This document shows, piece after piece, positions 45,620 through 55,103 of a stretch of 64,000 bases of DNA. Every line of letters begins with the position of its first letter. The stretch's first letter is position 1. This DNA comes from Candidatus Saccharimonadales bacterium (GTDB taxonomy: Bacteria > Patescibacteriota > Saccharimonadia > Saccharimonadales > UBA10212), in NCBI GenBank assembly GCA_040900055.1, contig JBBDZU010000007.1, forward strand, positions 169,705-233,704, written 5' to 3'. The notes under the pieces were generated by a model, which ran no database searches, was not told the DNA's origin, and saw nothing but the letters and a program-made list of their open reading frames with translations. A program made the translations under genes and the position numbers.

Positions 45620-46133
45620 TATCAGTTTTTGGCCGGCGGGTTTTATAGGTTAGGTGTTTTTTTAAGCTATCAACCCGTTCAATTTTATCTTCAAAGGGTT
45701 TAAGCAACGAGGAGTACCGCCAATTGGGCACTATCAACTTTTCCAGTTTATTTTTTTTAACTAGGTAATCTAAAAGTCCATGAAAATCGCCGTCGCCAGA
45801 GACTATCACGGCTTTGGCATACTGCGGGTATTTAATCATGGCATGAAGTACCAAATAAGCATCAACATTGCCTTTGACTGGCTCATCCTCTACTTCGACG
45901 GTAGGTTTAAATATTAGCTCATAGCCCATAGATTTAAGGTTAGCGTACAGATCTTCCTGATCCGAAACCTCGCCAATAAAAAAATAGGCTTTTTGAACGT
46001 TATATTTATCTTGAAGATAAAGCCGAAATTTCCTAAAATCGAGGCGCCAGCCCATGGCCCTAACGCCCATGTTTAGGTTTTGGCCATCAATAAACGCGTA
46101 ATTAGGTTGTGCCGACTTAGACGTGCTTGTCAT
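45612..46133 (-). CDS. NYN/LabA-like (PIN-related) putative ribonuclease
   Basis: 173 aa. YAFIDGQNL...VIVSGDGDF acidic-residue pattern. Confidence 0.8.
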   Translation of the reverse strand: MTSTSKSAQPNYAFIDGQNLNMGVRAMGWRLDFRKFRLYLQDKYNVQKAYFFIGEVSDQEDLYANLKSMGYELIFKPTVEVEDEPVKGNVDAYLVLHAMIKYPQYAKAVIVSGDGDFHGLLDYLVKKNKLEKLIVPNWRYSSLLKPFEDKIERVDSLKKHLTYKTRRPKTDNE

Positions 46134-46184
46134 TATTTACTTAAAGTATAGCCCAAATCTTTAGAGTGTCGCTGCTATTACTTC

Positions 46185-46652
46185 TTAATAAAGCTTTAGC
46201 TCCCCGCCGAATTGGCTAAAAGGAACTAAAATATGACTATTGAAGTTATCCTGCAAAGGCGCTAATCCATGATCCTGAATTTTGTGAACTTCGCTTAAGC
46301 GGACGGCAGGAAATGATGTGTGCCTTGCATCTATAAAACCGGCGTTATACCTAACAACTTGTAGAACATCCTTCACTCTCGCCATAAGCATGGGTGGTTC
46401 GCCGTACTTATAGTCTAACTGTTCGTAGCCGCGGGCATAATAAAACTGATCATCAGGTGTTAGATATTCCGGGAATGGGTCTTTTGGCTTCAGCAAATGG
46501 CGAAGCTGAGCCCTAGTAAAAAAATTACCTTGGCTAATAACTGCATTAATAGCCCTTAAATCCTCTGGCGTCGGTTCAGCCGGTAGCCGGATAATATTAG
46601 GCTTGCCTTCCGACAGCTCCCTAATGGTTTGTCTAGGCTCTTCAAGGTTCAT
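46185..46652 (-). CDS. Hypothetical protein
   Basis: 155-aa ORF, first gene of the operon. No motif recognised. Confidence 0.6.
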   Translation of the reverse strand: MNLEEPRQTIRELSEGKPNIIRLPAEPTPEDLRAINAVISQGNFFTRAQLRHLLKPKDPFPEYLTPDDQFYYARGYEQLDYKYGEPPMLMARVKDVLQVVRYNAGFIDARHTSFPAVRLSEVHKIQDHGLAPLQDNFNSHILVPFSQFGGELKLY

Positions 46653-46734
46653 TACAATATTGTATCATATTTAATGGTCTTTAGCAAGATATGGTGAGCT
46701 TGCTTTTAGTTAGGCCCGCGATATTATTAGGGTT

Positions 46735-47409
46735 ATGGTGCCCCAATCACCATATGATAGAAAAGTTGAAGGCTTATTTAGCAGCGGCCGGATTCGCAAG
46801 TACCCCAGAAATCAGTTGGTTCATTACCAGGGTGATGCCTTAACAAATATTTACCTAATTAAAAAAGGTTATATCAAGGCCTATACCATACTAGACTCTG
46901 GCGAGACTCGAACCTTGCTAATCCTGGGCCCCGGGGATATTTTTCCGATAGTTTTTTCTTTATCTTTGGATTGGAGTAATTACTACGCCAAATATTTCTA
47001 CCAAGCCCTAAGTGATGTTGATCTTAAATCAATTGAGAGCGACAAGTTCAAAGAACTAATTGAGTCAAGCAAAGACAACCTGAACATCTATATGCATTAT
47101 ATGTCCTCTTCTAACCAAACACTGATGAGCCAGCTAGAGGTTATGAAAAATAAGCATTCCTTAGATAAACTAAAGCTTCTCTTACCTTTTTTGGTTATGA
47201 AGTTAGGCGAAAAAATTGGCCCAGGAACCTACAAACTGCGCATCAAGCTTTCTCACCAAGAAATTGCCGACTTATCGGGCGTCACCCGCGAAACTACTAC
47301 CACCCTAGTTAAAAGTCTAGAGAAGGCTGGGATCTTAGAGCAGAAACAAGGCTTTTTTATAATCCATACCGGCCAAATTGAAGATATTTTCAAAGAACAG
47401 CTGGGGTAG
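46735..47409 (+). CDS. Crp/Fnr-family transcriptional regulator
   Basis: 224 aa with a cNMP-binding-like beta-roll and the C-terminal HTH SHQEIADLSGVTRETTTTLVKSLEKAGIL. Confidence 0.85.
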   Translation: MVPQSPYDRKVEGLFSSGRIRKYPRNQLVHYQGDALTNIYLIKKGYIKAYTILDSGETRTLLILGPGDIFPIVFSLSLDWSNYYAKYFYQALSDVDLKSIESDKFKELIESSKDNLNIYMHYMSSSNQTLMSQLEVMKNKHSLDKLKLLLPFLVMKLGEKIGPGTYKLRIKLSHQEIADLSGVTRETTTTLVKSLEKAGILEQKQGFFIIHTGQIEDIFKEQLG

Positions 47410-47516
47410 ATATTCACACTCCCTTTGTAAGAATATTTACTGTAGTTACACCCTGATACGGTATATTCTTTAGGCTTAAAATGACTTTTTAGGCATGCAG
47501 GAGTTACTTTAGTACG

Positions 47517-47984
47517 ATGGACGATACTGTCCTTAATAGCTTTAGGTTGCTTAGTCCTGTATTTAAAGACGGCTCTAATATCCCCGTGCAATACACCTGC
47601 AAAGGCCAAAATATTAACCCACCCCTAAATATCTTTAATGTGCCCCAGACGGCTCAAAGCCTAGCTTTAATGATGCACGACCCCGATGCCATTAGCGGTG
47701 ACTTTACCCATTGGTTAATGTGGAATATTGCGCCAGAAATTGAAACTATAGCTGTCAACAGCGTGCCTGAAGGAGTCATAGAGGGTTTAAACACCAGCGG
47801 CAAGGCTGGCTATATGGGGCCCTGCCCACCAGCCGGCACTGGCATTCACCATTACATTTTTGAGCTATATGCCCTACGCTCTCCGCTTAACTTAAGCGCC
47901 CAAACTACTCGCAAGGAGTTAGAAGTAGCGCTTAAAGACCGAGGTATTAGTAGCTGCAAGCTGACCGGGCTATTTGGAGGTTAG
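47517..47984 (+). CDS. YbhB/YbcL (PEBP) family protein
   Basis: 155 aa with DPDA...GPCPP...HHYIFELYAL. Confidence 0.85.
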   Translation: MDDTVLNSFRLLSPVFKDGSNIPVQYTCKGQNINPPLNIFNVPQTAQSLALMMHDPDAISGDFTHWLMWNIAPEIETIAVNSVPEGVIEGLNTSGKAGYMGPCPPAGTGIHHYIFELYALRSPLNLSAQTTRKELEVALKDRGISSCKLTGLFGG

Positions 47985-47987
47985 CTT

Positions 47988-48476
47988 TTATATTGCCGCG
48001 TAGTCGATGTGGCACATGCCTAGGCCGGTACGTTCGGTATATTTTTGATGATAGTCTTCGGCTGGCCAAAATTTACCGGCCGGCTCGAGCATTGTTAATA
48101 TCTTTTTATTAAACTGCCCCGAATTATTTAGCTTTTTAACTACTTCTTCGACTTGAGCTTTTTGCTTCTCGTCAAGGTAAAAGATAGCCGAGCGATATTG
48201 CTCACCGACGTCGGGACCTTGACGGTTGATCTGAGTAGGGTCGTGCATCCTAAAAAAATGCTTAAGTAGCGTAGGGAAGCTAACTTTTACCGGATCGAAT
48301 ATAATTTTCACGGCTTCGGCGTGTCCGGTGCCACCAGCACAAACCTGCTCGTAGGTCGGACTTGGCAGCTCCCCACCTATGTAGCCAACCGTGGTTTCGA
48401 TTATTCCCGGCACTTGATCAAAATAGTACTGGACACCCCAGAAACATCCAGCCGCTAATATCGCAGTCCGTCTCAT
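47988..48476 (-). CDS. msrA: Peptide methionine (S)-sulfoxide reductase MsrA
   Basis: 162 aa with the GCFWG active-site motif. Confidence 0.95.
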   Translation of the reverse strand: MRRTAILAAGCFWGVQYYFDQVPGIIETTVGYIGGELPSPTYEQVCAGGTGHAEAVKIIFDPVKVSFPTLLKHFFRMHDPTQINRQGPDVGEQYRSAIFYLDEKQKAQVEEVVKKLNNSGQFNKKILTMLEPAGKFWPAEDYHQKYTERTGLGMCHIDYAAI

Positions 48477-48654
48477 AGTCTATGTTCCGATTTGCCGTTG
48501 ACTAAGAAAAGAGCAGCCCGAGCGTCGGATTCACTCCGCGCCCGGCGCGATGAGAAAAACTTAGTTTGTCTCATAAGGCGTAGCCGCCGATCACCCCAGC
48601 AGCTGTGAGGCGACTGTCAACGAATCTTCCTTTAAAAGTCTTAGAGCAGCTAAA

Positions 48655-50157
48655 TTAGCTTTCAAGACGAAGCCTCTTAATTAGAAAATCTCTTGGTAGA
48701 ATCGAAAGAAACCAGCCGGCTCGCGGTCCCTGGTCTTTGCTTATTAAAGCTTTATAAAGAGGTTTAAAAACCTGCTCCGACGACAAGTTGCCGCTTTCTT
48801 TAAGCTCGTAAATAGCTTTGTGGAACCATTCGCCATCGGCATCCGCCGGTGCAGCTGCTGCTTTATCGGCTAATTGATTTAGGAACTGCTTTTCATCTGC
48901 GGCAAATTGTTTTTCGTCAATTTTCTCGGCCAGCTCAAACTTTACTGCATCTGGCGCCCATCTTTTAAGCCACTGATCAATAAATTTGAGCTCTTCGCGA
49001 ATCAACTGATCCTGCTCTACGACTGTGTCCCGGTACTCTGTACGCTTGATAATTTCCAAAGTCTTATCGGTGTTCTTAAGAGCCGCTTGATAGCTTGCCA
49101 CCAGGTGTGAAAAAGGCACGTGGCTGATAGTCGTATCCAGACTGGAGGAGCAAATTTCCAACAGTTGTTGATCGGTCTCAGCGGCATAATCGTCTATTAG
49201 CTTGGTGACACCAACTTCGTCAAAGAAAAGCTGTCGCTCGGGTGGCAGACGCAAGATAAAGTAGCGAATAATTTCGGGGGGAAGAACTTTAGCAAAATCC
49301 GAGCTGGCAATTATGTCGCCGGTACTCTTGCTCATTTTTTTTGTTTCACCAACGCGATTTATAAAGTGGTATGGAATCGGCAGCGGTGGATCCGTACCAT
49401 AGACTTTTTTGGCTATCTCGGCGCCGGTATCATAGCTCCCGCCGGCAGATGCATGGTCACGGCCAAATGGCTCAACATCTACTCCAAGCAACCACCAGCG
49501 AGCGGGCCAATCAATCCGCCAATTGAGTTTAACTTGGCCGCTGCGATAATTTATTTCTTGCTCCTTACCTCCCAGATCCTCGTATACGATAGTGTTTTTA
49601 GCTTTATCGATGGATACAAATCGGCGGTTTTTAAGATAACCTTCTTCGATTACTTGCACCGGAGACCAATTGTCGTCTAATTTATGGCCGGATATAGTTT
49701 CTAAGATTTGGCGAATCTCGGCGATTTTTTCTAAAGCTTTTTCAATCGCCGGCGCCATAAATCCTTCGCTATATTTAGGACGCGAGCGCACCACCTCCAT
49801 ATCTAAGTTCAAGGCTTTTGCGGCTTTTAGAAAGTCGTCTAAGAAAAAGTCAGCATAGCTTTTGCTTGAACCGTCCGGTGCCGGGACATCTGTCAGCGGC
49901 CACCCAAGATATTTTTTAAACTCAGGTGGCACATTTACAGGTACTTTACGAAAAACGTCTAAATCATCAACGACGTGAATGTGTCGGCTTTTACGGCCAC
50001 GACGGCGCAGTTCCAGCATTACGGCATCAGCCGTTAGAACCTCTCTCAACGTACCTACATGGTAAGTACCTGAAGGAGTCACTCCAGATGAGACTATGAT
50101 TTCGCCTTCGGGGTGAGCCGATAAAACCTTATCAACGACCAAGTTCAGCCACTGCAT
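48655..50157 (-). CDS. lysK: Lysine--tRNA ligase, class I (archaeal-type)
   Basis: 500 aa. SGVTPSGTYHVGTLRE (HIGH-like) and KMSKSTG. Confidence 0.85.
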   Translation of the reverse strand: MQWLNLVVDKVLSAHPEGEIIVSSGVTPSGTYHVGTLREVLTADAVMLELRRRGRKSRHIHVVDDLDVFRKVPVNVPPEFKKYLGWPLTDVPAPDGSSKSYADFFLDDFLKAAKALNLDMEVVRSRPKYSEGFMAPAIEKALEKIAEIRQILETISGHKLDDNWSPVQVIEEGYLKNRRFVSIDKAKNTIVYEDLGGKEQEINYRSGQVKLNWRIDWPARWWLLGVDVEPFGRDHASAGGSYDTGAEIAKKVYGTDPPLPIPYHFINRVGETKKMSKSTGDIIASSDFAKVLPPEIIRYFILRLPPERQLFFDEVGVTKLIDDYAAETDQQLLEICSSSLDTTISHVPFSHLVASYQAALKNTDKTLEIIKRTEYRDTVVEQDQLIREELKFIDQWLKRWAPDAVKFELAEKIDEKQFAADEKQFLNQLADKAAAAPADADGEWFHKAIYELKESGNLSSEQVFKPLYKALISKDQGPRAGWFLSILPRDFLIKRLRLES

Positions 50158-50209
50158 GTGTTTAGTTTATAGTTATTTTAAGTTTTAGTGGATAGGTATG
50201 ATAGTTGGT

Positions 50210-50671
50210 TTAGCTGATGGAGACAATCTTGTAAGTAGTCTCGGTATTGAAATTTTTTATTTTAGCCTTATCGCCCACTTCTTTGCCCATAAGTGCTAGC
50301 CCAATGGGCGACTCGTCGCTGATTTTTCCATTTAGGGGGTCGGCTTCAATGGTGCCGACTATTTGAAATTGTTTGGATTTACCATTGGCACTTTTTAGTT
50401 TAACCGTGGAGCCTAAGCGTACGTTGCCGTTACTTTTTGGTTTTTTAATCATCTGAGTATTTTGCAGAATATGCTCTAGCTCGCTAATACGGTTTTCTAA
50501 CCGATCTTGGTCTTCCCGGGCAGTCTGGTACTCGGCATTTTCGGACAAGTCGCCCAGTTCACGAGCTTGTTTAATCCGTTCGGCTACCTTGGTTCGCTGA
50601 GCCAATAAGCTAGCCAGCTCGTCTTTGAGCTCCATGGCGCCAGAATGTGTCAAACGGAATAATTTTTTCAT
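50210..50671 (-). CDS. greA: Transcription elongation factor GreA
   Basis: 153 aa with GDLSENAEYQTAREDQ. Confidence 0.93.
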   Translation of the reverse strand: MKKLFRLTHSGAMELKDELASLLAQRTKVAERIKQARELGDLSENAEYQTAREDQDRLENRISELEHILQNTQMIKKPKSNGNVRLGSTVKLKSANGKSKQFQIVGTIEADPLNGKISDESPIGLALMGKEVGDKAKIKNFNTETTYKIVSIS

Positions 50672-50744
50672 ACTATAAAGACTTATACTTGCTTTGCTTA
50701 TTAGCTTTTAAATCCCTTATTTTAGACTTAAGATTATAGCAAGC

Positions 50745-52031
50745 TTAGAGGGTTTTTACCAGTGTTCCGACCAGCGTTTCGACCAGCTGGTCATGCTTGA
50801 CTTCCTTGGGCGTTTGGCTGGTACGAGCTTTGAGCTCTACTTGATTATTTTTAATCAATTTTTCGCTAACGACTACTCGATATGGCAGACCAAGTAAGTC
50901 GGCGTCAGCAAATTTCTCACCGGCTCGCTCATCTCGGTCATCATATAGTACAGAAACGCCGGCCGCTGTCAATTGGCTATAGATGTCTTGGGCCGCTTTG
51001 CGTATGGAAGAATCGTCGCCAATCGAGACAAGGTAAACCATAAAAGGCGCCACTGCCTCCGGCCAAACCAGCCCAGACTTGTCGGCAAATCGTTCGGCAA
51101 TTACCCCCATTACTCGGCCTGGCCCAATGCCATAACTGCCCATTACCACCGACTTATTTTGGCCAGCCCTGTCCACAAAATTAAGCCCCAGTGGCTTAGA
51201 AAACCTAGTCCCCAGTGGAAATATATTACCGACTTCTACTGCCTTAGCCTCTTTTAAGTCGGCCTTTTTAAGGCCTAGATCGGTCAATACGTCATCAGTA
51301 ATTACATCTTTATTGACGGCCATCTTCTTTTTTTTATCGACAAAAACAGTATCTTCACCAACGGGAAGTAACGTTTGAAACTCATGGCTAAACTTGCTAA
51401 AACTTCCGCCGCTGGCATAGGTCAGGTAAGTGCTATCGGATAATCCCAGTCTTTTGAAAATCTTACCGTAAGCGACTTTAACTTCTTCGTAGAATTTGTC
51501 GTGCTGTGCTTGGCTACCTGAGAAAGAATAAAGGTCTTTCATTATAAATTCCCGGCAGCGCAGCAACCCACTTTTAGCCCTGGGCTCGTTTCGGTATTTG
51601 GTTTGGAATTGATACACGTACGTAGGCAAATCTTTATATGAGCTAATATGACCACGGGCAATTGCGGTGATAGCTTCCTCGTGAGTGTTACCAAGACCCA
51701 GCTCCGGACCTAAATGGAAACCTTTTGCTCCATGGGTACGGGTTTTGAACCAAACGTCAACTACATCGTCATGCCACCGGCCGCTTTTTTCCCAATTGTC
51801 TTTAGGCTGCAAGCCGCTAAGATAGACCTCCTGACCACCAATGGCATTCATCTCTTGGCGAATTATCTCGATAATTTTATTTAAAACGGCTAGCCCTAAG
51901 GGCAAAAAGTCATAAACACCGGCCATTTCTTTATGAACAAAGCCGCCACGAATCAGTAGCTGGGCATTTAAAGCCACCTCATCTGACGGTACGTCTTTAC
52001 GGGTTTTAATAAATAGCTGGCTGCGTCTCAT
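50745..52031 (-). CDS. proS: Proline--tRNA ligase (short form without the INS editing domain)
   Basis: 428 aa with class II motifs and an anticodon-binding C-terminus. Confidence 0.9.
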   Translation of the reverse strand: MRRSQLFIKTRKDVPSDEVALNAQLLIRGGFVHKEMAGVYDFLPLGLAVLNKIIEIIRQEMNAIGGQEVYLSGLQPKDNWEKSGRWHDDVVDVWFKTRTHGAKGFHLGPELGLGNTHEEAITAIARGHISSYKDLPTYVYQFQTKYRNEPRAKSGLLRCREFIMKDLYSFSGSQAQHDKFYEEVKVAYGKIFKRLGLSDSTYLTYASGGSFSKFSHEFQTLLPVGEDTVFVDKKKKMAVNKDVITDDVLTDLGLKKADLKEAKAVEVGNIFPLGTRFSKPLGLNFVDRAGQNKSVVMGSYGIGPGRVMGVIAERFADKSGLVWPEAVAPFMVYLVSIGDDSSIRKAAQDIYSQLTAAGVSVLYDDRDERAGEKFADADLLGLPYRVVVSEKLIKNNQVELKARTSQTPKEVKHDQLVETLVGTLVKTL

Positions 52032-52062
52032 TTACGGTGTAATTGTAGCAGTACTTTTAAGC

Positions 52063-52845
52063 TTAAAGTAGCTTGTTCCAAAAGTAGGCAATAAAAGCCA
52101 CCGTGTTATTTAGGCTATGCAAAATCATCGATGAATGCAGGGCGCCGGTTTTTTCACGAAGGTAAACTAAAACGCCCGACAATATAAAAGTGTGCACTGC
52201 CGCCACCCAGACTAAAGCGGTCCCTGCCCCAAATTGCAGGTGGGCTAATCCAAAAATTAAACTGGTAATAATAAGTGAGGTAGTAAAGTTAAGCCGGGCC
52301 CGCAGTCCTGAGAATAAATAACCACGCATCAGCACCTCTTCTCCAATTGGGGCCAAGAGTACCAGGGCAATAAAGGCTAAGACTAAATCAGCAGGTCCGG
52401 TAAGATTATTGAAACCAATATCTTGGGCTTGGTCAGTATCAAGCCCTGGAACCAGTAATTTAATTAAGCCGAACGTAAGAATTAAAAAGATCCAAAAAAC
52501 TATTAATGCAGCTGCTGCCCGCCAAATGTCGCTAAAGTATAGCCGCCGGCCAAGCCCAATAGCAGATAAACTAAGGCGTCTTTTTTTAACTATTACCAAC
52601 ACCGAACCAACGCTTATAGCTTCGGCGGCTAAGATATATAAAAACTGGGCGCTAGCGGCTTGTTCAAAAGCTGCGGTGCCTACTAGCCCCAGGCCTATGC
52701 CAACAAGCAGGCCAGCCACAAACTGGCTGGCTAAGAAAATCAGTGACGCTGAAAGGACCAGGCGGCCGGGGCCGCCCAAATCGTTTTTAATTAGCTGGTT
52801 CTTGGGCTTCCCCCCAGGCTTAGGCTTAGAAGAAGCGCCTAACAT
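52063..52845 (-). CDS. CPBP-family intramembrane glutamic endopeptidase
   Basis: EEVLMRGYLF, FGLAH and HSLNN motifs. Confidence 0.85.
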   Translation of the reverse strand: MLGASSKPKPGGKPKNQLIKNDLGGPGRLVLSASLIFLASQFVAGLLVGIGLGLVGTAAFEQAASAQFLYILAAEAISVGSVLVIVKKRRLSLSAIGLGRRLYFSDIWRAAAALIVFWIFLILTFGLIKLLVPGLDTDQAQDIGFNNLTGPADLVLAFIALVLLAPIGEEVLMRGYLFSGLRARLNFTTSLIITSLIFGLAHLQFGAGTALVWVAAVHTFILSGVLVYLREKTGALHSSMILHSLNNTVAFIAYFWNKLL

Positions 52846-54013
52846 CTACAATCGTTATTAAGACTATTAGTCCCAGTAAAATAACCATGCCGGTACCATG
52901 GATACGCTCCTCGGCAGCTTGACTAAGAGGACGTTTTAAAGCCAGTCTCGACCCTAGTGTTACAGCCAAGCGCCCGCCGTCTAAGGCTGGTATTGGCAAG
53001 AAATTAATTAGCGCCAAGGTTAAAGATAAAACGGCGATAATCATCAGCATAAAATTAAGGCCCAGTGAACCACTGCCCCAAAGTATGGCTCCAATGGCTA
53101 CTGGCCCGCCGACTTGGGAGGCTGCCGTGGTCTGGGCCCGCTCACGGGCTAAATCATTACCGGTTAGCGTCGCCGCTATAATCGAGCCAAGGCCGCCTAG
53201 GGCGCGGCCGATACCCTGCAAAGTCAGTTCAAATAGTTGATAAGTTACCCCTACTGCAGTAAGTGGAGCACTCCAACTAGAGCGGCGAATTTGAACTTCG
53301 GTGGGGACTATGCCTAGATGCCCTTTAGGGTTGGAACTGCTGGCACTTTCAGAAACTTCATCTTTACTTAGAAGTTTAACTTCTTCATTTAGAACTTTGC
53401 CGTTCCTGCTAAAGCTAATTTTGGCGTTCTGGCCGGCAAAGGCGGACGTGGCGGCAGAAACATCGGAAGCTTTAGTGAGCATTTTGACTTGCCCCTGGCT
53501 TTCAATTTGCAATAAGGTATCCCTTTGCTTTAACCCAATTTTAGCTGCCGGTGAGTCAGGTAAAATTAGGCCGGCCCGCACATCCTGATGAATAATTTTT
53601 GTATCCGAAGCTACGGTAAACTGGTCCTGCCCCACAGTCCGGTCATCTAAAATTTTGGGCATTCCGACTAACGCTAGTATGGTTAGTAAAATAAGCCCGG
53701 CTACTAGGTTAGCCGCCACTCCAGCTAGCAAAATTTGTGTCTTGGCTGATAAGCTAGCGGCCCCAAAACTGCCGGGGCGCCTGTCGGAGTCGTATTCACC
53801 CTTTAATTTAACAAAGCCGCCCAACGGAAGCCAATTTAGGCTCAAAATCATGCCGCCCTTTAGTTTTTTAGCAATTGCCCTAGGGGGGAAGCCTAGTCCA
53901 AATTCCCTTACCTTAACGTTATTTCGGCGAGCGAAAGCTAAGTGCCCCCACTCGTGTATCAGGATCAGCCCAATAAATAGCAAAAAGCCTATGGCAAAAA
54001 TTAATACCTGCAT
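52826..54013 (-). CDS. rseP: Site-2 (M50) zinc metalloprotease RseP-like
   Basis: 395 aa. HEWGH, a PDZ-like middle region, and C-terminal LPIPALDGG. Confidence 0.9.
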   Translation of the reverse strand: MQVLIFAIGFLLFIGLILIHEWGHLAFARRNNVKVREFGLGFPPRAIAKKLKGGMILSLNWLPLGGFVKLKGEYDSDRRPGSFGAASLSAKTQILLAGVAANLVAGLILLTILALVGMPKILDDRTVGQDQFTVASDTKIIHQDVRAGLILPDSPAAKIGLKQRDTLLQIESQGQVKMLTKASDVSAATSAFAGQNAKISFSRNGKVLNEEVKLLSKDEVSESASSSNPKGHLGIVPTEVQIRRSSWSAPLTAVGVTYQLFELTLQGIGRALGGLGSIIAATLTGNDLARERAQTTAASQVGGPVAIGAILWGSGSLGLNFMLMIIAVLSLTLALINFLPIPALDGGRLAVTLGSRLALKRPLSQAAEERIHGTGMVILLGLIVLITIVDVRRFF

Positions 54014-54049
54014 CTGTTTTTAGTATAACAGCCAGCGCTCTGGCAGGTG

Positions 54050-54637
54050 TTAAACCGTTAGAATTTCTTTTTCTTTAGCTGCCGTTTTTGCTTCGAGTTT
54101 GGTTTTTTGTTCGGCTACGGCCTCATCGATTTGTTTTTCAAGACGTTCTAAGTCACTTTTGCCGATTTGTTTTTGTTTTTCGGCGGCTTCGGCTTTTTTT
54201 AATATTTCATGGCGAATTTGCCGAACGGCTACCATAGACTCTTCGACTTTTCCGTGCAGTAGCTTTACCATTTGCTGTCTGGTCTCGGTTGTAAGTGGCG
54301 GAATTTGAATTCTAATTACTCGACCATCATCCACTGGATTAAGTCCTAGGGAAGTATCTTTAGAAATAGCGCTTGAAATAGCGTCTAGGTTGCTTGCGTC
54401 AAAGGGCGCTATTTGCAGCAGTTGCGGCTCTGGCGTCGAGATGGCAGCACAGGCGCGGATAGGCATGTTTTGGCCATAAACTTCAACCATTAAGCTATCT
54501 ACCATCCCCGGATGAGCCCGGCCGGTTCGGATTTTTTTTAGCTCTTGGTCAAAATGGTCGGCTGCGGTGGCCAGTTTTTGCTTAAGTAGGGCAAAAGATT
54601 GATTTAGATCCATGTCAGCTTTGGAATTAAATTTCAC
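54050..54637 (-). CDS. frr: Ribosome recycling factor
   Basis: 195 aa with the typical RRF sequence IRTGRAHPGMVD. Confidence 0.95.
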   Translation of the reverse strand: MKFNSKADMDLNQSFALLKQKLATAADHFDQELKKIRTGRAHPGMVDSLMVEVYGQNMPIRACAAISTPEPQLLQIAPFDASNLDAISSAISKDTSLGLNPVDDGRVIRIQIPPLTTETRQQMVKLLHGKVEESMVAVRQIRHEILKKAEAAEKQKQIGKSDLERLEKQIDEAVAEQKTKLEAKTAAKEKEILTV

Positions 54638-55085
54638 CTAACATCATGCGGTAAAAACGCTTTAACACAATATTCTCGCCCAATTTAGCGGCGTGGCTTT
54701 TAATCAATCCCCCAACAGTTTGGTCAGGGTCTCTTATGAAGGGCTGGCTCATTAACTCGGCTTCGTCTTTAGGATCCGAGGCAGCCACCTGTAGACAAAG
54801 GTCTCGAACCAGCACTTTAAACTCATCGGTTTTAGCTACAAAATCGGTCTCGCAGTTAACTTCCAAAACCACGCCAATGCGGCCGTCGTGAACATAGGCG
54901 TCAATTAAACCGGCCCTTGCCTCGCGCTCTGCCCGCATCTTCGCTGATACTAAACCTTTGGCCTGCATGGCAGACAAGGCTTTATCAAAGTCGCCGCCAG
55001 CTTTGGTTAAAGCTTGTTTGGCGTCGGTCAAGCCCACGCCGGTTAAACTGCACAATCGTTTAATTTCTTCAGCTGATATCTTCAT
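54627..55085 (-). CDS. tsf: Elongation factor Ts, truncated 152-aa form
   Basis: N-terminal UBA-like TGVGLTDAKQAL plus the first core subdomain (EVNCETDFVAK). Located between rpsB and frr. Confidence 0.88.
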   Translation of the reverse strand: MKISAEEIKRLCSLTGVGLTDAKQALTKAGGDFDKALSAMQAKGLVSAKMRAEREARAGLIDAYVHDGRIGVVLEVNCETDFVAKTDEFKVLVRDLCLQVAASDPKDEAELMSQPFIRDPDQTVGGLIKSHAAKLGENIVLKRFYRMMLGEI

Positions 55086-55103
55086 AAGTCCTTGCCGCCT
55101 ATT

